Below, in pieces: positions 24,505 to 38,526 of a stretch of DNA of 64,000 nucleotides (positions are counted from its first letter, which is position 1; each line of letters begins with the position of its first letter). This stretch comes from Convolutriloba macropyga. Lineage: Eukaryota. The DNA lies in the NCBI RefSeq assembly GCF_964194025.1, contig NC_134476.1, positions 34,410,001-34,474,000 of the forward strand. The letters are read 5' to 3'. The notes under the pieces are model-generated. The model was not told where the DNA came from, searched no databases, and was given only the letters and a program-made list of their open reading frames with translations. The translations under genes were made by a program, and so were the position numbers.

Positions 24505-26451
24505 TAGCAAAAAAATGTCATCTTGAACATTGTCAGCAATTCCTAATTACTAGACATTATAAACGAAGCTACTGTTAAAGTCCAATGTTCGAAAACAGAA
24601 GTCAACAATCAAAAACGGAGGTGAATGCTCGAACAGAGAGAAGTCAAAATTCAAGTCATGAACAAACTTGCTTTCTGCTAAAAAAAAACCTGTAGAATCT
24701 CAATACTCCTCTTCGAGTCGTAAAAAGACACGCACGTTTACAATAATTGCTATGAACTTGTCCGAGAGCAATCAATAAAATATTACACAGATCCAATTGT
24801 AAGCTTTTTAAAACATTTTGCCAACTTTTAAGCATCTCAGCAGTTTTTGAAATATTCTTCAGTTTTTTATAGCATTTGTGTAGCTGAGTAGCTGTCCTGG
24901 CAGTTTTAGTAGCCTTTCAAGCATATCGATTTTTATTTTGAGTTTTTCTGCCTACGAAAATTGAGGAAAATTGAAAATTTTTGACAATTTTTGTCTGTTT
25001 TTCATCTATTTTGTCATTTAGGTTACAATTTTTGTCTATTTCTTCTGATTGCATGCTTCTCACTGTAGTTTTTCTTGGTCAAATCTTAACTAATAGCTGT
25101 TCAATAGGTGTTGCTACTATAAAGTGTCCTTTGAAGGCTAGACATGCCGCTTTACACTGAAGTAAATAATACGATTTTCTTATTTGCTTTCAAATTTTTC
25201 GTTCTTTGCTTTTTTAAAAAATGTTGAACATTTCTGCTTCAAATATGGGGTAAGTTACTGACATACCAGAAGATTTAACTAAAATTTTTCGAGAATAATC
25301 GTTGGAAAGCTGTGTTTTGGCATTTTGTAGAGAAGAGAAAATGATTTTGTCCCTCGTCATTTCCTTTCTCTTTCATCGGTTTTCTCTTTCTGAAACCATT
25401 TTCTGACTTAGATTTTCTGATAAATGATATTGTTTTCTTGCAAACTACTGGTATTAAAAGTTTCCACTAGTTTTTTGCCAATAGTTTTTCGGAGTTTTAC
25501 ATAAATTAAATTTTATCACATGCTATTTCATTGCTTGTCAGTTAGTTTTCTCAAGCTGTTTTTCCTGCTATTGTTCAAAAAAGTTTATAATTATTTAATA
25601 TGTTCATTAGGTCAGTGAGTACGTTTAAATTTCTACTCCGAATCGACTCGTTTCCACAATTTTTCAGGCTATGTTTAATATATTTTAAAAAAATAGAACA
25701 TCGCAAGGAACTTAAATATTCTACCTCTTCCATTTTTGTGAATTGCGTGCGAAAACTTAAAACTCCCCTGTCTTGGAGAAGTACCAACAATAAGCTTTTC
25801 TCAACAAAGACTGAAAATTAAAACAAAAATCAATTCAGTGAAAGTAATAATACATTTGATCATGGAAATGAAAGATCAAATTTTATTTGCTATTCCATAA
25901 TAAACAATTACTGCAAATACATGCTCTTGTAAAGACAGCTCCGTCTATTTCCCCAAATACAATGTTAGCATACAGCTTGAATGGATTTGGAACAATTGGA
26001 TCGTAATTGGTTATTCGGAACTGGACAATCCGGATAGAAATTAAAGAAACAAATTTAATGGATCAGGAGCACTAAATTTAAAACAGAAATTTAATGGTCC
26101 TGGAACACTAAACTAAACTCAAAGCAAGTGTGTTTCATGAAAATAAGTTCACAATGATTCTTAGACAACGCCAAAAATACGTAAAACATCAAATTACCCA
26201 AAGGCCAAAATCAAACTTACAAACCTGTGCAATGTGAAAACCGTTAGCCAGATTCCACATCTCAACAAATTCAACTCACAATAGTAACTTTTCAAATAAT
26301 ACAATAAATAGTGAACATAAAATATGATTAATTGAGTCTTTTTAGGACTACAATGTTTTTAAGTAAAACAAACCAGGAAGTTAAGTCAGAACTGAAGTCT
26401 GCTAAGTAATTCTTCAGAATTCAAGACCATTAATCTACAATCTAGTCTCAC

Positions 26452-27299
26452 TCAATTTATGCCAAATATCTTGACAAGAACGCAAAGTTTCCCTTCCTTC
26501 AACCATTCGCCTTGGTTTGCTTCAATTTCGTTCAACTTTTTTACTTTTTCACAGCCCCAACCGGATTTACCCACCTCGAATTTGCTACATTGGTCCACAC
26601 GAACTGATTTCAAAGGACAGTTCCAATTATGAAGCGTTAGTCGGTATCTAACTTCATTGATTGGGTATTCCTTGTGATCAGCAAACAGGGCTCCAAGCAC
26701 AGGAAAAGCGATAGCCAAGTTGCTTCGTGAATGCAATGATTCACATAGAACTTGTAAAATTGATATATCGCCTTTTCTGTAGTTGAATCACAGTATTGAT
26801 ATCGGTCATCATGATAACTTATCAGGAGGCCAAAACTATGCGGCTCTGCGAGTTTCAACATATTGCACTTTTCTTTTTTAAGTACCTTCAACAATTTCAA
26901 AACAACAGAAAAGTCAACTTGCGCCCCATCTCCGGCGACTGTTTGTCTCAGAACGTCCAATTCATCTGCTGAAATCTTGAGTTCCATGAGATCCAAATCA
27001 TTCTGGTACTTAGCTCCAATCAATTTGTAATCTTTGACTTCAGAAGATAGCAGTTCAAGGAAATTTCTGCAATACTGCCTATTCTCAAGCACAGGCAACC
27101 TTTGAAGAGCTTCCGAAACCAGAGATGATAGAGCGTATTTGATCATTTTAAAATTACATTTCTGGTGCTCTGAATCAACGCACGTTTCACACAGAACTTC
27201 TTTGCATTCACTGCACCAAAATTGATAACAATTTTCAGGGTGTTTTTCGCAAGACGAGTAGTCGAACTCTTTTCCTAGACAACGTTTTTTTGCGGCCAT
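26452..27299 (-). pseudogene. B-box-coiled-coil-MATH TRIM-like gene A (RING-less), frameshifted
   Basis: B-box CEKH..WCSECKEVLCETC..HQKC; MATH-like C-terminus TLHNW..GWG..WLKEGKLCVLVKI. 1-bp deletion at about 26687 (GAG CCC TG TTT vs GAG CCC TTG TTC in gene B); could be an assembly error. Confidence 0.85.
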
Positions 27300-30200
27300 A
27301 TCTCCTGCAGTGTTTTTTTATCTGAAACACGTAACAAAACCTTATTAAGAAAAGACAATAAAAACAAAGTGGGAATGACTGATTTTAACGAAAAAAACTA
27401 GAAAACTGAAAAACAACAATCACCATTTGCTTAAAGCGCACCATTTGTTAAAGCCCAAAACGTAAAAATATCAAAGAACTTTCAGATATAAACCAATAAA
27501 AAAAATCAATTGCTTTCTGCTTTCTCGCGAATAATTCGAATGATTAATTATAAGCAACTGTTCGCCAAAAGTATACAAATTTTCTATTTTAAAAGAGGTT
27601 AGGAACGACAATATTTCAATTGCCCTTATTCCCACGTTTTCTGAAAAAGAGAGAACTTTATGCTAGACCTACTTTTTTGTTCCAACACTTTTATGGGCGC
27701 CTCGGCGAGGGCAACCAAGAATAACATACGTCGAACCAAATTAGAGCTCTCTGAGCCTAGAACTTCGCATTTCGTAAGATTTTAAAAATTGGCGGCCTTT
27801 CATGCCATTTTGGTAAAAAAAAAATTAGGTCAAATTTGACAACAATTATTTTTTTTGTTGATTTCAGACAAGTTATGGCCTTTTTAATGGCTACTCAGAC
27901 AAATCATTATATCAGCTTCTTAAGGTTGTCTAAAGTTAAACTATATTAATGATTTCCTAAGGAGCTCACTTTGGCAACAATTTATATAAATTAAGCGATA
28001 ATTTGTAATTTTTCCCCAAATTAGCAGTTATTTCGATCACCTCAAATAACTAGAGACTTTCTGTAAAGAGTTTTCGAGGAAAATTAGTAAGGTTATTTTT
28101 CTAACACTGTCACTATATGGAACTGAAAAATATAAAAATTAGTTTTTATGAAGAAGTTCAGACAGATTTTTAGCAAACTTTTAGTCAATTTGATATTTTT
28201 TAGTTAGCTTAACCATTTTTAGGCTAGCTTTGCAAACATAAAGAGATCTTGACAAAAAAGCAAGAACAAAAACATTTGAGATCTATAATAATTGGTAAAT
28301 TTTTCATGAATTTCAGACATCACAAAAAATAAATCAGATAACTCGAAATCAAACTTTCAGAAATGAGAAAAAAGTAGTGCAAAAATGCTTCAGTCTGTCG
28401 GCAAAAACGACTTGACAGTGACAGCGAAAAAAAATAACTAAATTATAACTTATTGCAACCTTGACATTTGAAAGAAACAAAAAAAAGATATATTGTGATT
28501 TTTCTCGATTTGACTACATTTTCTTCAACAAGTTTGTTCACTTTTTTTTGCGTTCAGCCAGGGACAAAAACCTCAAGGTTAGTTTCTGCAAAGACTGTCA
28601 TCTACTCAGTCAGCTGTTTTTACACTCGAAAATTCACAATTCAAAGATTTTGAATTTCAATTGAAAGTCATTTTTATAACATCTCGCCACGTTTGATTAA
28701 ATTTCATTTCAATTATCCACCATTGATATTTAAAATAAAGATAAAAACCAAACTTTTGGCTGCAATTGTGCAATTCTTTAATTGATATTACATTTTTTTA
28801 ATTGATGGCACAATTTGTGTTCGTAAAATATTGAACAATTTTTCCAGCTAATCTCAATTTAATACAATTTCTTTAGAACTTTAAAAAAATTAAATATAAA
28901 AATTTTCTATTTTTAATGCAACAACGCCTCATATAGCTCATTTAGTAATAGATTTCATTTAGAAGCCGGTGCTTATATTTACATAGACAAACATTGTTTT
29001 CAAAAAGAATACACTTTCTGAATGTTGTAGGTTCTTTTCATCTCATTGAAACTTTCCAACGTCGAAAAGTTCAAGCTCCTATGTTTGAAAAATTTAATCA
29101 ACGACGACGCCAAAAGTTTTAGTTACTTCTGAGGTTTTTCAAATTTTCGACACCTTCTGTTGAGATATTAAACATTAAAAGTTTTATAAATAAGTCGTTT
29201 TTGACATCGGCTGTTGCAGTTTTTTTGTGGATTATCTTAAAGCCAAATAAATATTAGATCTTCCATGCAGTTGAATAAATTATAGCTTCTCAATTATAAA
29301 TTATTAAATTATAAATTATCTTCATTGGTGAAATTTGACGTTTCTAAATAAAGACAATTGTTTTCTGCTGAAAGAGTGTTAAATTTTTAGTAGTATTAAT
29401 AAGTTATGTGCTTTTTTGAAAAGCTTAATTGAATAACTATTCCTTTCCCTCATTTCAAGCCCCAAAAGTTAACTTTTCAGTACTTCTTTTTCCGTTGCTC
29501 TCCGTTCTATTTTCTTGACAGCCAGGTTTGTCGTTTTTGAGGTGGTTGAACTGTAGTTTAGAAATTTTTCCTCCAGGTTGTCCATTTCGTTAAACAGATC
29601 TTTTCATTATTTTAAGTTAGATTATTTTTACATCTGCAACCTAATTTCTTTTCTCTATTTCAATTGAAAAGCTTTTAAAGAGACTAAGCTAATAGAAAAA
29701 TTGCCAAGCAACTGGAAAACTTTGTTAACAAGCTTTAAGTATCAGCCACGATCGAAATAACAAACAAATGATAAGAAAACAATTGTTTCGGTGTGCTGCA
29801 ATGCTGTATAGATGAACTAAACTCTGCCGGAGCGCGTCGGCAGAATAAAGCATGAAAATCAAGATAAAGCATGCAGCGCAGCTTTAAAACTGGCCTTCGA
29901 CAACGAAGTGCTGGCTATGGAAATAACATTTCGATTTGTACCGGGAGCCAAATTAACGAATTTGATACCGTCCGTTCTCAGAATTGTATGAGAATTTTGT
30001 ATTGATTCTTAACTTGTGTCCTTATAGTTACTTTGTTCTACGAAAGTTACACGGATTCTTTTGTGCTTTCTTGGTAAATTGTTTTGTTGAAGATCTCAAG
30101 ATTCAGCCGTGTCTTAATGAAGATTTATTAGATCTTTCATGTTTAGTTGACGAGTTAATAGTTTAGTCAACTCTTTGATTCCTGTTACAGATGTCACTTT

Positions 30201-31784
30201 AGGTCTACCATCGTCAAAAACATCGAAACAATTTGCTTTATTTTTTGCAACTAATTACGTCGTCTTTTTGACTTCAACATGCTCGCTTCATACATTTGTT
30301 TTAAGTAAAAAAGTATTTAAACAGAAGTTGCTAAACACACGATTGACAAAAGTTTGAACATTTCCGTCAGACACTATATATTAGCCACAAAACAAAATAC
30401 TTAGGATGATTAACTAATCAACAATCAATTTAACACAGTTAGCAGTAATGCAGCATATAAAACAAAATCTCATAACTACACCTAGGCGATTCTGAGAACA
30501 CTTCATTGTATACAACCTATATAAAAAACTTGCTACTGTTGTTTCGTTTCTCATATTTCTGGGTTGGATAATGGTACTCCAGTTAAGCATGAAAACCTTA
30601 TAGTTGAAAAATATTTAAGGCCTATAATCAAAGAGTCGAAGTCAAGAACGAAAGATCTGCAAACAAAACAATCTTTTTGAAATCATTGAGATCTCAAGAC
30701 ACCAAACGTTAGAACGCTATCAGGTTCAAACGTTAATGTATTAAAAAAACTTAAAGCAATAATTAGATTTTTCGCGCAGCAATCACCAAACATCAATCTT
30801 GCTGTTTGTCTCCCAATCTTTCAACTGTGTTGAGGAGCAGTGAATCTCACGAAAATGGCAGTTCAAATCTAAGTACAACCTTTAGGAATAAATGTGTCGA
30901 TGACTATTCAATTTACTGCCTCAGCTTTTCCAAGAACAGGACGCATTGACCGGAAAATTGTCCAACATCCAACACAAAAAAATCCCCCAAGTTTTTGCTG
31001 ATTTTGCTCAGGAAAATACTCTGTCTATTTTAACAATTTCACAGATATCTTGTATTGCATCAATTACAAGATCAAAAGAGGCCAGTACCATTGGTTCAGG
31101 GACAAAACTAATGAGTGTAGGAATGATTCGTCAATGCTAGTTCGGAGTTGTTTTCAAACACTTTTCAGGTCGAGTTCGCATATCTCCCTGTTGAAACTTT
31201 CGACAAGTGAAATTAGCAGCCTTTTTTTATCTCAGTCACTGCATATTGTTCTGAAAGGATTGATTGCCGCCTTTTCAAAAGCCAGGAGAATTTTCTTCCG
31301 TTCGAATTCCATCAGTATGTTGATTCAAGCCAACAAGAGGCTTTCGATACGAGTTCTCTTTTGTTGCTAAGTGCAACATAAATACAAGATGGATAAAATC
31401 CTCCAACCTTAATATGAATTGTGTATAATTGGTAAAACTGGATGGGAGACCTTTTGAAAGATTCGAAACAGTGCTAAAGCGCATTGTTGATTTTCAGCGA
31501 CTCTAGATTTTGTGTTCCCAAAATCAGAATTCGCTCGTTGTGAGTTGTTCGTGTCAAAGGCAGAATTCTTTAAAGATGGAGGGCACTTCGAAATGTCTGT
31601 CTGTACTTGGCGGCTCCTGTAAGCTTCCGGATGCTGTTTGTTGACTTATTTGTTCACTTTAATGTTAACTTAAATTGCGTCTAACTAGTTAATTTGTACT
31701 TAATTGTAGACTGGTACCTTAATTGTGGGATTGTACGTTAATAAAATTATAACTATAAATAGGGTAGTTTGGAGTTGGGTATCA

Positions 31785-31893
31785 TGGCATTGCGCATTTT
31801 GGCATGGCGTATATTGGCATTGTGTATTTTGGCACGTTTGGGATTTTTAAATCGGGCATTATGGCATTGTGTATTATGGTATTGGGTATATTG
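31785..31893. repeat. Minisatellite, about 15-bp unit (TGGCATTGYGYATWW)
   Basis: About 7 degenerate copies. Confidence 0.85.
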
Positions 31894-33750
31894 TCCTGAC
31901 ACCCGTTTAAAAATATTTTACTACAATTTCAATGAGACAAGTCAATCTATCTTAGATCCAATCATCAAAGTGTCAAAAGCATTCTAAAACGAATTATCGG
32001 AAAATATTACCTATTCCCCTTTACATCATCTTCAGATCTATTTACTGCAAAACGTTTTCAAATCTAACTGGTCGTGAAAAAGTTTCCGCAGTTTACGATG
32101 CAAAAAATGCGCCCCAAAAGAAAACACATTAAAACGGTTAAGCGGTCAAGAGCATGGAATTTTAGAACAGTAGGGATTTTTCAGTAGGTTTATAAAACAA
32201 ATTGCAATGACAGGCGAATTCAACCACTAACTCTAACCCTAACATTGTGCATCCCACAGGTTCAATAACGCCCCTTCAATTTTCAAAAACAGACCGCAAA
32301 AATTTTTGAAGATGACAATTTGGTTATAAATCGCCCAAAAAATGAAAACAAACTCACAGAAAATTAGTTTGAGGTCAAGACAGCAACTTAAAATCTTAAA
32401 AATCATTTGAAGTCGCTAGCAGCCTAACAAAACGATTATAGAACCCACCTATAGAAATTTAAATGCAAACCTTCATTTATAAAAAAAGATGTTAAGTAAA
32501 ATAATCCAACATCTTTAAATTACAATGCTTTTAATATCTTTCGTCACAATTGGACTAAAACTGGCCAAAAAAATTGGATTGATTTCATCGAATCTCAACT
32601 CAATCCATATTTGACGTAGGTGTAGTTGGTTGCACACCATGCAAGACGTAGAACACATTATAAATTAACTATCAGATACATCAACGACTGATTTGATAGA
32701 AACCTCAAGCAGGCGGAAAAGGTTGTGCGACAAAACACAGACGTGCGTTAAAGGTTGAGCGAAAAAAGTTAACGGACATGTCTCTAAGAGTTCCTTAATT
32801 CTCACGCTTAATCTTAGCAGTCATGCCAAAATTATCTATCCTATAAAATTCATAAATTAAAGAAACTGAAAAGCAGTGCAATGTGAACATAAAATTTAAA
32901 AAAATTTCTAACCTCAGACACAAATGTAAATCAATGTAAGCTCAAATCCGCCGAGATCTGGAAAACTTTATTATCAATGATATCCATATTTTGTAGATCA
33001 AAAATAGAAAAGAGCAAAGAAACACAATAATAAACTACTTTACCATAATGTTGAAAAAACTAAATTGGAACTGCTAAACTGTTTAGGTTCTTCGGCTTTC
33101 TTGCTCCTCGACAAAAAGCAATTACTCGAACATTCTTGGTTCAAACTTTGCGCAAAATGAGTGTGATAAAGTTTTAGAGGCGCCTTTAGTTCAAGTGGTT
33201 TTTACTAATGCCAATGTATAGAGCGCTTATAGTCAAATAGAGTCCGATGGTAAGGTTAAAGGCAAAAAGGGACCAAAAGCGGCATCTAGTAGTAAACTGC
33301 CGCCACTCGAGCTCAATTTCTTTTAAGTACACACTGAATGTCACTGGACATAAAATGGAAGTGGAAATAAAAATGAATTCACTAAAACTTTGAAATAAAA
33401 GAAGAAATAAAAATGAACTCAATAAAACTGATCACATATCTGGTTAAACTTATCAACTAGCATTATTAACATTATTGACCTCTACTCCTGTCGAACCGAC
33501 AGCTCAGTCATTCTCTAATCGACGTGGCAGCACATTGTATCACCTCGCGATTTGCAATGTTCATATATAATTGAAACAATAACAATGAAAACGTTTATTA
33601 AGGATTGAGGTCCATAAAACTAGAGCGCCAAGAAAGCAAATGAATCAAAAACAAAATATCAATTAATGCAAATGTCATCAGCATTAACACTGCCAATTAC
33701 TTGGGAAAAACACTTACAAATCTATGCATTGTAAATAACATTCATTCAGC

Positions 33751-33904
33751 TATACTCAGTCGCATAAAGTTGCAACTCAAGCGAACGTTCGAAAACTTTT
33801 CAAAATGCAAAAGAACAACAAAGTACTCATCTCTGCATGTATAAAATTTGAAACTTGATCTTTCAAACGTTCGATAGCGTTGCAACTTTCTGAGACTGAC
33901 TATA
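33751..33904. mobile_element. MITE (TATA-bounded, about 26-bp TIR)
   Basis: TATACTCAGTCGCATAAAGTTGCAAC ... GTTGCAACTTTCTGAGACTGACTATA. Confidence 0.75.
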
Positions 33905-34047
33905 ATTTCCAAGCATATCACAATTTACCAATAACAATATTTTTTTACAACTACCATATTATCAATAAAAAGTATCAGTCATGATAATATAACCGGTTAA
34001 TTAATATTGAATCAATTAATTTCGGCATTTACTTCAACTTAGTTCAT

Positions 34048-34902
34048 TCAATGTAGACCGAAGATCCTGACCGAAACACAAATTTTCCCATTCACTAACC
34101 ACTCTTTCGGATTTCCCTCAAAAATACTAATCGTTGCGAAGTCTAGAAAGCCCCAGCCAGAAGTATTCTCAAATCTGCTTTGACCTAACTTTCGAATCGA
34201 TTTAGTTGAACACTCCCAATTGTGAAGCGTGATCTGAAATTCAACGTCTCCCACTGGGTAGTCTTTGCAATCAGCGAACAAGGGCTCCATGTGAACGAAG
34301 ACCGATAGATACGTGTTTCCTTTATTCTCGTAGCTTAGGAAAAAGTTGTGAAACTGGTATATCACCTTCTCCGTATACTTTGGATTACCACAGGATGTCT
34401 CGATTTCTTGAAAATTTATCATAAAGCTGAAATTTTGAGGCTCCACCATTAGGAGCAGTGCCCTCTCGTCTTGCTTGAGTATCTTGAGCAACTTCATAAC
34501 AATAGAACAATCAACTTCATCGCAGTCTCCGTCTCTAACCTGCTCCAAAATGTTGATCTCTTCTGCTGTTATTTGAAGTTCCATGAGATGCTTGTCATTC
34601 TCATATTTATTAGCCAGGGACCTGAGCTCTTCAATTTCCCGAACCAGCATTTGAGTATAATTTTTACTGCCTTGCTTACTACCAAGCCCAGGTAGCCTTA
34701 GAAGAGCGTCAGCAACCAGCGATGGTAGAAGGTATTTGATAATTTTGAAACTACAATTCTTGTGAGCCGAATCCATACACGTGTCACAGACTACCTCATT
34801 GCAAACAGTGCACCACATTTGACAAAAAAGTCCAGGGTGTTTTTCACACGGATGGCAGCTGACATCGACATCGTTTTCAGGACAGTCTGCTATTGCAGCC
34901 AT
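34048..34902 (-). CDS. B-box-coiled-coil-MATH TRIM-like gene B (RING-less), intact
   Basis: 284 aa; B-box CEKH..WCTVCNEVVCDTC..HKNC; MATH-like YLSVFVH..ITLHNW..GWGFLDF..WLVNGKICVSVRI; paralogous to genes A, C and D. Confidence 0.9.
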   Translation of the reverse strand: MAAIADCPENDVDVSCHPCEKHPGLFCQMWCTVCNEVVCDTCMDSAHKNCSFKIIKYLLPSLVADALLRLPGLGSKQGSKNYTQMLVREIEELRSLANKYENDKHLMELQITAEEINILEQVRDGDCDEVDCSIVMKLLKILKQDERALLLMVEPQNFSFMINFQEIETSCGNPKYTEKVIYQFHNFFLSYENKGNTYLSVFVHMEPLFADCKDYPVGDVEFQITLHNWECSTKSIRKLGQSRFENTSGWGFLDFATISIFEGNPKEWLVNGKICVSVRIFGLH

Positions 34903-35011
34903 ATCAAATTTTCAACAATCTGAAACAAGTAACAAACACATGACGAACAAACAAACACTCATGATCAAATTTTAAAACAGCACTGACAACCTCTTGCGTG
35001 CCAGATTCTCA

Positions 35012-35229
35012 TATAGCGTGTCCCAAAAAGTTGAAATAAGCGAACGTTTCAAAAGCCACAGGTTAGAGTTCAAAGGTCAAAGTTCAATTTTAAAACATGT
35101 AGAAAAAATTGATGAATGAAAACTAAATGAAGAAAACGTTGGCATTCAAATGAGCACATTGATGCTCAATTGCACGTTTTTGGCGTTTTTCGAACGTTCG
35201 CTTATTTCAACTTTATGCGACACGCTATA
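35012..35229. mobile_element. MITE (TATA-bounded, about 40-bp TIR), related to 33751
   Basis: TATAGCGTGTCCCAAAAAGTTGAAATAAGCGAACG ... CGTTCGCTTATTTCAACTTTATGCGACACGCTATA. Confidence 0.8.
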
Positions 35230-35256
35230 CCATAAAACACGAAATTTGAAGTTTTT

Positions 35257-35403
35257 TAGTCTGTCTCATAGTTGCAACGCTATCGAACGTTTCAAAGGTC
35301 AAAACTCACATTTAAAACATTCAAAGATCACCACTTTAAAGTTCACTTGATCGTCGGGAGTTTTTCGAATGTTCGCTTGAGTTTGCAACTTTAAGCAACT
35401 ATA
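35257..35403. mobile_element. MITE, inverted copy of 33751-33904
   Basis: Left end TAGTCTGTCTCATAGTTGCAACGCTATCGAACGTTT is the reverse complement of the right end of the 33751 copy. Confidence 0.75.
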
Positions 35404-37589
35404 GAGTCACTTCGAAATTCTTGCTTATACCTCGAAATGCCGCGCGGTTCTCGAAGGATGCCACGCCAAATTCTCTGACTTCATTGAGTCACGTAACCTA
35501 TATTAAAATACACCGTTAATGTCTGCAATTCATCAGAGTCACGTAACCTATATGGTCACGTAAATTCGAGGTTAATATGTGTCATACATGATACAAACAT
35601 TCAAATCGACCCGCAATCCAATTAACTGTCGTAATGTTCAACAAGATTCTAAACAAACGCCGTTTCAAAGTCCTTTCTAGCATCGAGTGTAATTGATATT
35701 AAGAGGAAAGAGCAAAAAAATAGTTAATGAGTCAGCTCGCTACATTCAATTCTATCAAAATGAGCTAGATCGGGCATCTGGATAACGAACAAGGGTAACA
35801 GTGACGATTGAAAATTATAACAAAGAGAGGAAAGATTCTCAACCGCCAACAATGCAACATTATTTGATGCTTACTATTCTCAATTTTCAAAAATTACAAA
35901 ACAACCTCAGCTGAATTTTTAAATCACCCCAGCGAGTGAAAGAATTTCGAAGAGTGTGCAAACTGTCTAGCAAAAACGTTCGTATAAAAACGGTTAAAAT
36001 GATTGTTTCAAATTACGTTCAAGAGATATTGTACAAAATACTTTGGTCCCATGTTGTAAAAAAAAAGCTCATGGACCAAATAAAAGCTTAAATTAGAAAA
36101 CTGAAGTTTGGATAACTTCCTTTCAGGACAAATATTGCTCCAACTTTTTTCCGAAAAACTGCAGCGTTTTGTGGCTGCTACTGTTAAAAGTAATTATACT
36201 GGGTGATGATTACTTGATAGCCGTATTACTGAAATTAGACTTTTAAGATTAAAAGCAGAGTAATCTTTTTTTTTAATTTAAGGAGTATAAATGTCTTTTC
36301 TCTCGAAATAGAAAACTCCAAAGCACCAATTTTCAAAAACTTGGCGCTCATTTTTATAAAAATGCCAGCAAATACAGCGGTTAATTAAACAAATATCAAA
36401 CTTTTTGTTTGTATATAATAAATGGGGCAAAATTGGACAATCAAATTTACAAAAGAAAAAGATAAAACATTTGTTACAAATTGATGTTCATAGTCATATT
36501 AAAACACCAAAAAAAATCAAATTTTTGAGATAAGGACAAAATCTGAATTTTTCCGCTCTCACATTTTTGTTCCGGCTATTATTGTCAAGCAAAAAAGTCA
36601 AGGGGAATGGAGTCACAAAATCTAATGCTTTTAAAGAATTCGTTAAGACTTTACTGGCTTCAGTAAATTATTTTTGATTTTTGCCATATTTTACGTTCTT
36701 TTTGTAGACGTAATATATATTCAGGATAATTTCAGGTCTCACGGGCTTCTTTTGGAAGAATAGAGAACAAATTTAATTGATTCATTTTGCAATTAATGGC
36801 TTTCATGTCTTCGGAAACAATTTTTTTTCGAAAAAAAAAAAAACAAAGATTACTTAATTTGCTTTTTTTTTCTTTTTGGTCTACTTGTTACCTGGTTTCA
36901 TTAAAGAGAGGTCACATAAAACATTTTCGGTGTTCAAAGAAGGTGCTATCGAACATATTTTGAGGGCCAAAGTATGGCGTTACGGCTTCGAAAGCGTTTT
37001 CTGACCAAATTTAACTGATTTATTGTTTGTTGTCTATTTGTTGTTCTTTTTGTAACAGCATAAAATTGAATACCGACAGTTCTTAATTCACATCTTTAGA
37101 AACACTGGTGATTGTTAACTTATGGAAAATTTGTTGATTTTTAATGGTTTTCATTTGAAATTTATTGCTTTTTGAAAATACGCTAATTTTTCAAATTTAC
37201 TGTTTTTGTTCTTTATTGTCTAATTGTTACTACTCCTTATTATGGACTGGTCCCATATCTTTTCTGGTGAAGTAGAAGTTATTTTGTTTAGTTTCAGTTT
37301 TATCTGACGCTATATTGACTTTGTTATTAGGTTTTAATTTTTAAAACGGACATAAATTTTTTGATGTAATCAATGTTTGTTGTTGTTTGATTTTGCTGTT
37401 CGTCTTGAGTTGCTGCCTTAATGTCTTAATATTGGGATATCTCATCAATCTAACGCATCATTTTTTTACTCCATTGAATTATTTGCGTTGGAGGCTAGCT
37501 TTTCGTTAACACACCATTTTTTTTAAATATACTTGAATTTTTGGGGTTTTCTATCTGTTCCTCATTTGGTAGACATTTATGCCAAAATT

Positions 37590-37646
37590 GTCGATGAGCG
37601 GGGTCGGAACCTTATGTGCGATCGCACATTACCGAGCCTCCTTGTA
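37590..37646 (-). repeat. Left terminus of the Helentron-like family, minus strand (extends leftward, extent uncertain)
   Basis: Reverse complement reads ACAAGGAGGCTCGGTAATGTGCGATCGCACATAAGGTTCCGACCCCGCTCATC. Confidence 0.7.
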
Positions 37647-38526
37647 TTATTCCATTTACAACTACTGAAATTATGCTCTATGAGCCAGTCCTCGGAACTA
37701 GTTTCAAAAATCTGTTAAGAGCTCTCAAAAACCTTTCTATTTTGTCTAATTTACACCTAATTTAGTTTTCTGACTGTATTCAAAAAACGAAAGTGAGAGA
37801 TGTCTCCTCGGCAATCCATTCAGACCTTCATGGGCTTTGTTAATGAAACCAAATTCAAAGCCCTGCGCAAAGAATATCAATCGGCCACAATTGGCTGAAC
37901 TAAAAAGCAGCGCTGCTATAAAGCATTGTTATAATTGGCTAATGTCGACAATCCAATATTCCAAGCCATGCGCAAGTATGCCAAAAACTCGAAAAAAGCA
38001 TTTGACGGCCGACAAAAACTTACTTCACTGTGTATTTCTCTTGCAAGCTTAATATCTTACAGCATCAGGAATGATGAAATATAGCAGTAGGGGCGGTATA
38101 AGGATCGCAGCCCCCCTTCCAACCAGAATTGGAACAACAAAGGATGTTATTAGTTCAAAAAACTCAAAAGTAAGCCATGAGGCTTTCTCATAAGATGCTA
38201 TTCGTCGGTTTCTTTCAAAAACAAATTCAAGAAGTGTCTTCTTAAACATAATTTAGAAGAGTAAACAAGCTTTACTTCGGAGTGAGAACAATAGAGATCA
38301 CTCAAAAATGAAGAACGAAAGCGTGAAAAAGTCACTTGAGGAGTCAAAGAATGTTCTAGAAGACAAGAGCAAAATGGTCAAGCAAAACATTTGCATAAAA
38401 AAGACCAACACGTTTACAATACTTGCCATGAACTTCGTTCGATAGCAACTAGCAGGTCCGCAAAACCATAACAAGAAAATCATTTACACGAATAAGAGGT
38501 TTAAAAAATTAAGGTTTCTGTTTCTC

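Noticed and set aside
30820-31490. Decayed transposase-like coding remnant on the minus strand
   Set aside because: Looks coding-like, but many stops and no diagnostic motif could be assigned.
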